In this document: in pieces, positions 63,477-64,000 of the stretch
How positions within the stretch are numbered: the stretch's first letter is position 1
How the letters are laid out: every line of letters starts with the position of its first letter
Assembly: GCA_963706075.1 (NCBI GenBank)
Contig: CAVPLP010000001.1
Span: forward strand, 836,541-900,540
Length of the DNA: 64,000 nucleotides
Direction of reading: 5' to 3'
DNA from: an uncultured Actinomycetes bacterium
GTDB lineage: Bacteria > Actinomycetota > Thermoleophilia > Gaiellales > JAICJC01
Made by a program: the position numbers and the translations under genes
Notes under the pieces: generated by a model
Databases searched by the model: none
The model's input: only the letters and a program-made list of their open reading frames with translations
Told to the model about the DNA's origin: nothing

Positions 63477-64000
63477 CTGCCCTGCGTCCGGCGCTCGACG
63501 TCGAGGAAGAGCGGCATCCCGAGCGGCCGTGACATCTCCTCGTCGAGGTGCGCCACAAGCCCCGCCGTGCGGGCGAGGAGGGCCATGCCGCGCACGATCC
63601 GTGCGGGGAAGCCGAGGTCGGCCAGGGCCGCGCCCGCCACGCCGGCGCCGTTGATCGGAAGGGCCTTGCCCGTCGCCTCGCGGTGCGCGTCGGCGACGTG
63701 CCGAAGCGCTCGCAGGTGTGGGCCCTCGAGGCCCTGTTCGGACGCGATCGCGTAGATCCGGGCCGTTCGCGGGTCCTCGGCCTTGTGGATGGGGTGGCCG
63801 ATGCCCGGAATTCGGCCGCCCGCCGCGATCCGGGCACGGACAGCGTCCGCCGCCGCCCGGGCGAGGTCGTCGTCGCCGGCCGCCACGATGGGCTCGAGGA
63901 AGACGGCCGTGTCCTCGACGACGCCGAGGAAGACGGTGCCCGCCCCCAGGAGGCCCGAGGCGACCGCGCCCTGGAGCGACTCCGGCGCACCGGTGTGCGT
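63473..64000 (-). CDS. Citrate synthase / citryl-CoA lyase-family protein, C-terminal part (5' end beyond the right edge)
   Basis: ORF 63473..63886, plus my in-frame extension to 64000 (THTGAPESLQGAVASGLLGAGTVFLG...). Motif GRIPGIGHPIHKAEDPR is typical of the citrate-synthase fold. Confidence 0.7.
   Translation of the reverse strand, partial: THTGAPESLQGAVASGLLGAGTVFLGVVEDTAVFLEPIVAAGDDDLARAAADAVRARIAAGGRIPGIGHPIHKAEDPRTARIYAIASEQGLEGPHLRALRHVADAHREATGKALPINGAGVAGAALADLGFPARIVRGMALLARTAGLVAHLDEEMSRPLGMPLFLDVERRTQGS

Noticed and set aside
1-64000. CRISPR arrays, rRNA genes, IS elements, transposases, prophage genes and toxin-antitoxin pairs.
   Set aside because: Reading both strands, I found no regularly spaced direct repeats, no rRNA-like sequence, and no transposase, integrase, phage or TA protein signatures in any ORF-track translation.

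Overview
High-GC (about 70%) chromosomal window with about 70 densely packed genes, many joined by ATGA/GTGA stop-start overlaps. Gene content looks like Actinomycetota; I cannot place it more precisely from the sequence.

Left to right:
1. A cobalamin-riboswitch-controlled ECF-type uptake operon with two DUF4430 extracytoplasmic proteins.
2. pheA, preceded by what reads as a classical Phe leader-peptide attenuator.
3. Housekeeping genes: thiL, trxA, an L,D-transpeptidase, PolX, otsB, acs, rlmN, ribB, lepB and a SpoIID-like gene.
4. Acyl-CoA/C2-assimilation genes at two loci: ccr plus a mutase large subunit, and CitE-like lyase, acyl-CoA dehydrogenase and MaoC hydratase.
5. A GNAT / ABC-2 exporter / FAD-reductase / LanC-like operon.
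6. A convergent nucleotide-sugar cluster matching the Wbp-type UDP-2,3-diacetamido-2,3-dideoxy-mannuronic acid route, plus an ATP-grasp enzyme and two glycosyltransferases.
7. tRNA-Lys(CTT).
8. A complete group 1h (high-affinity, 'group 5') [NiFe]-hydrogenase locus: hypC, hypC-like, hypD, hypE, hhyS, hhyL, NifU-Rieske, three conserved hypotheticals, hupD, hypA, hypB, tandem-SIS, hypF. It is divergently paired with a Crp/Fnr-type regulator co-transcribed with an orphan second small-subunit paralog.

Most notable observations:
- the Phe attenuator upstream of pheA;
- the regulator plus orphan HhyS pair, with two tandem palindromic boxes in the shared promoter region;
- a three-hairpin repeat array between tauE and acs;
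- the riboswitch operon with no recognisable S component in the window;
- about 11 apparent single-nucleotide frameshifts in otherwise well-conserved genes, including the main hhyS. This pattern suggests indel errors in the assembly more than real pseudogenes.

No CRISPR array, transposase, integrase or rRNA was seen.
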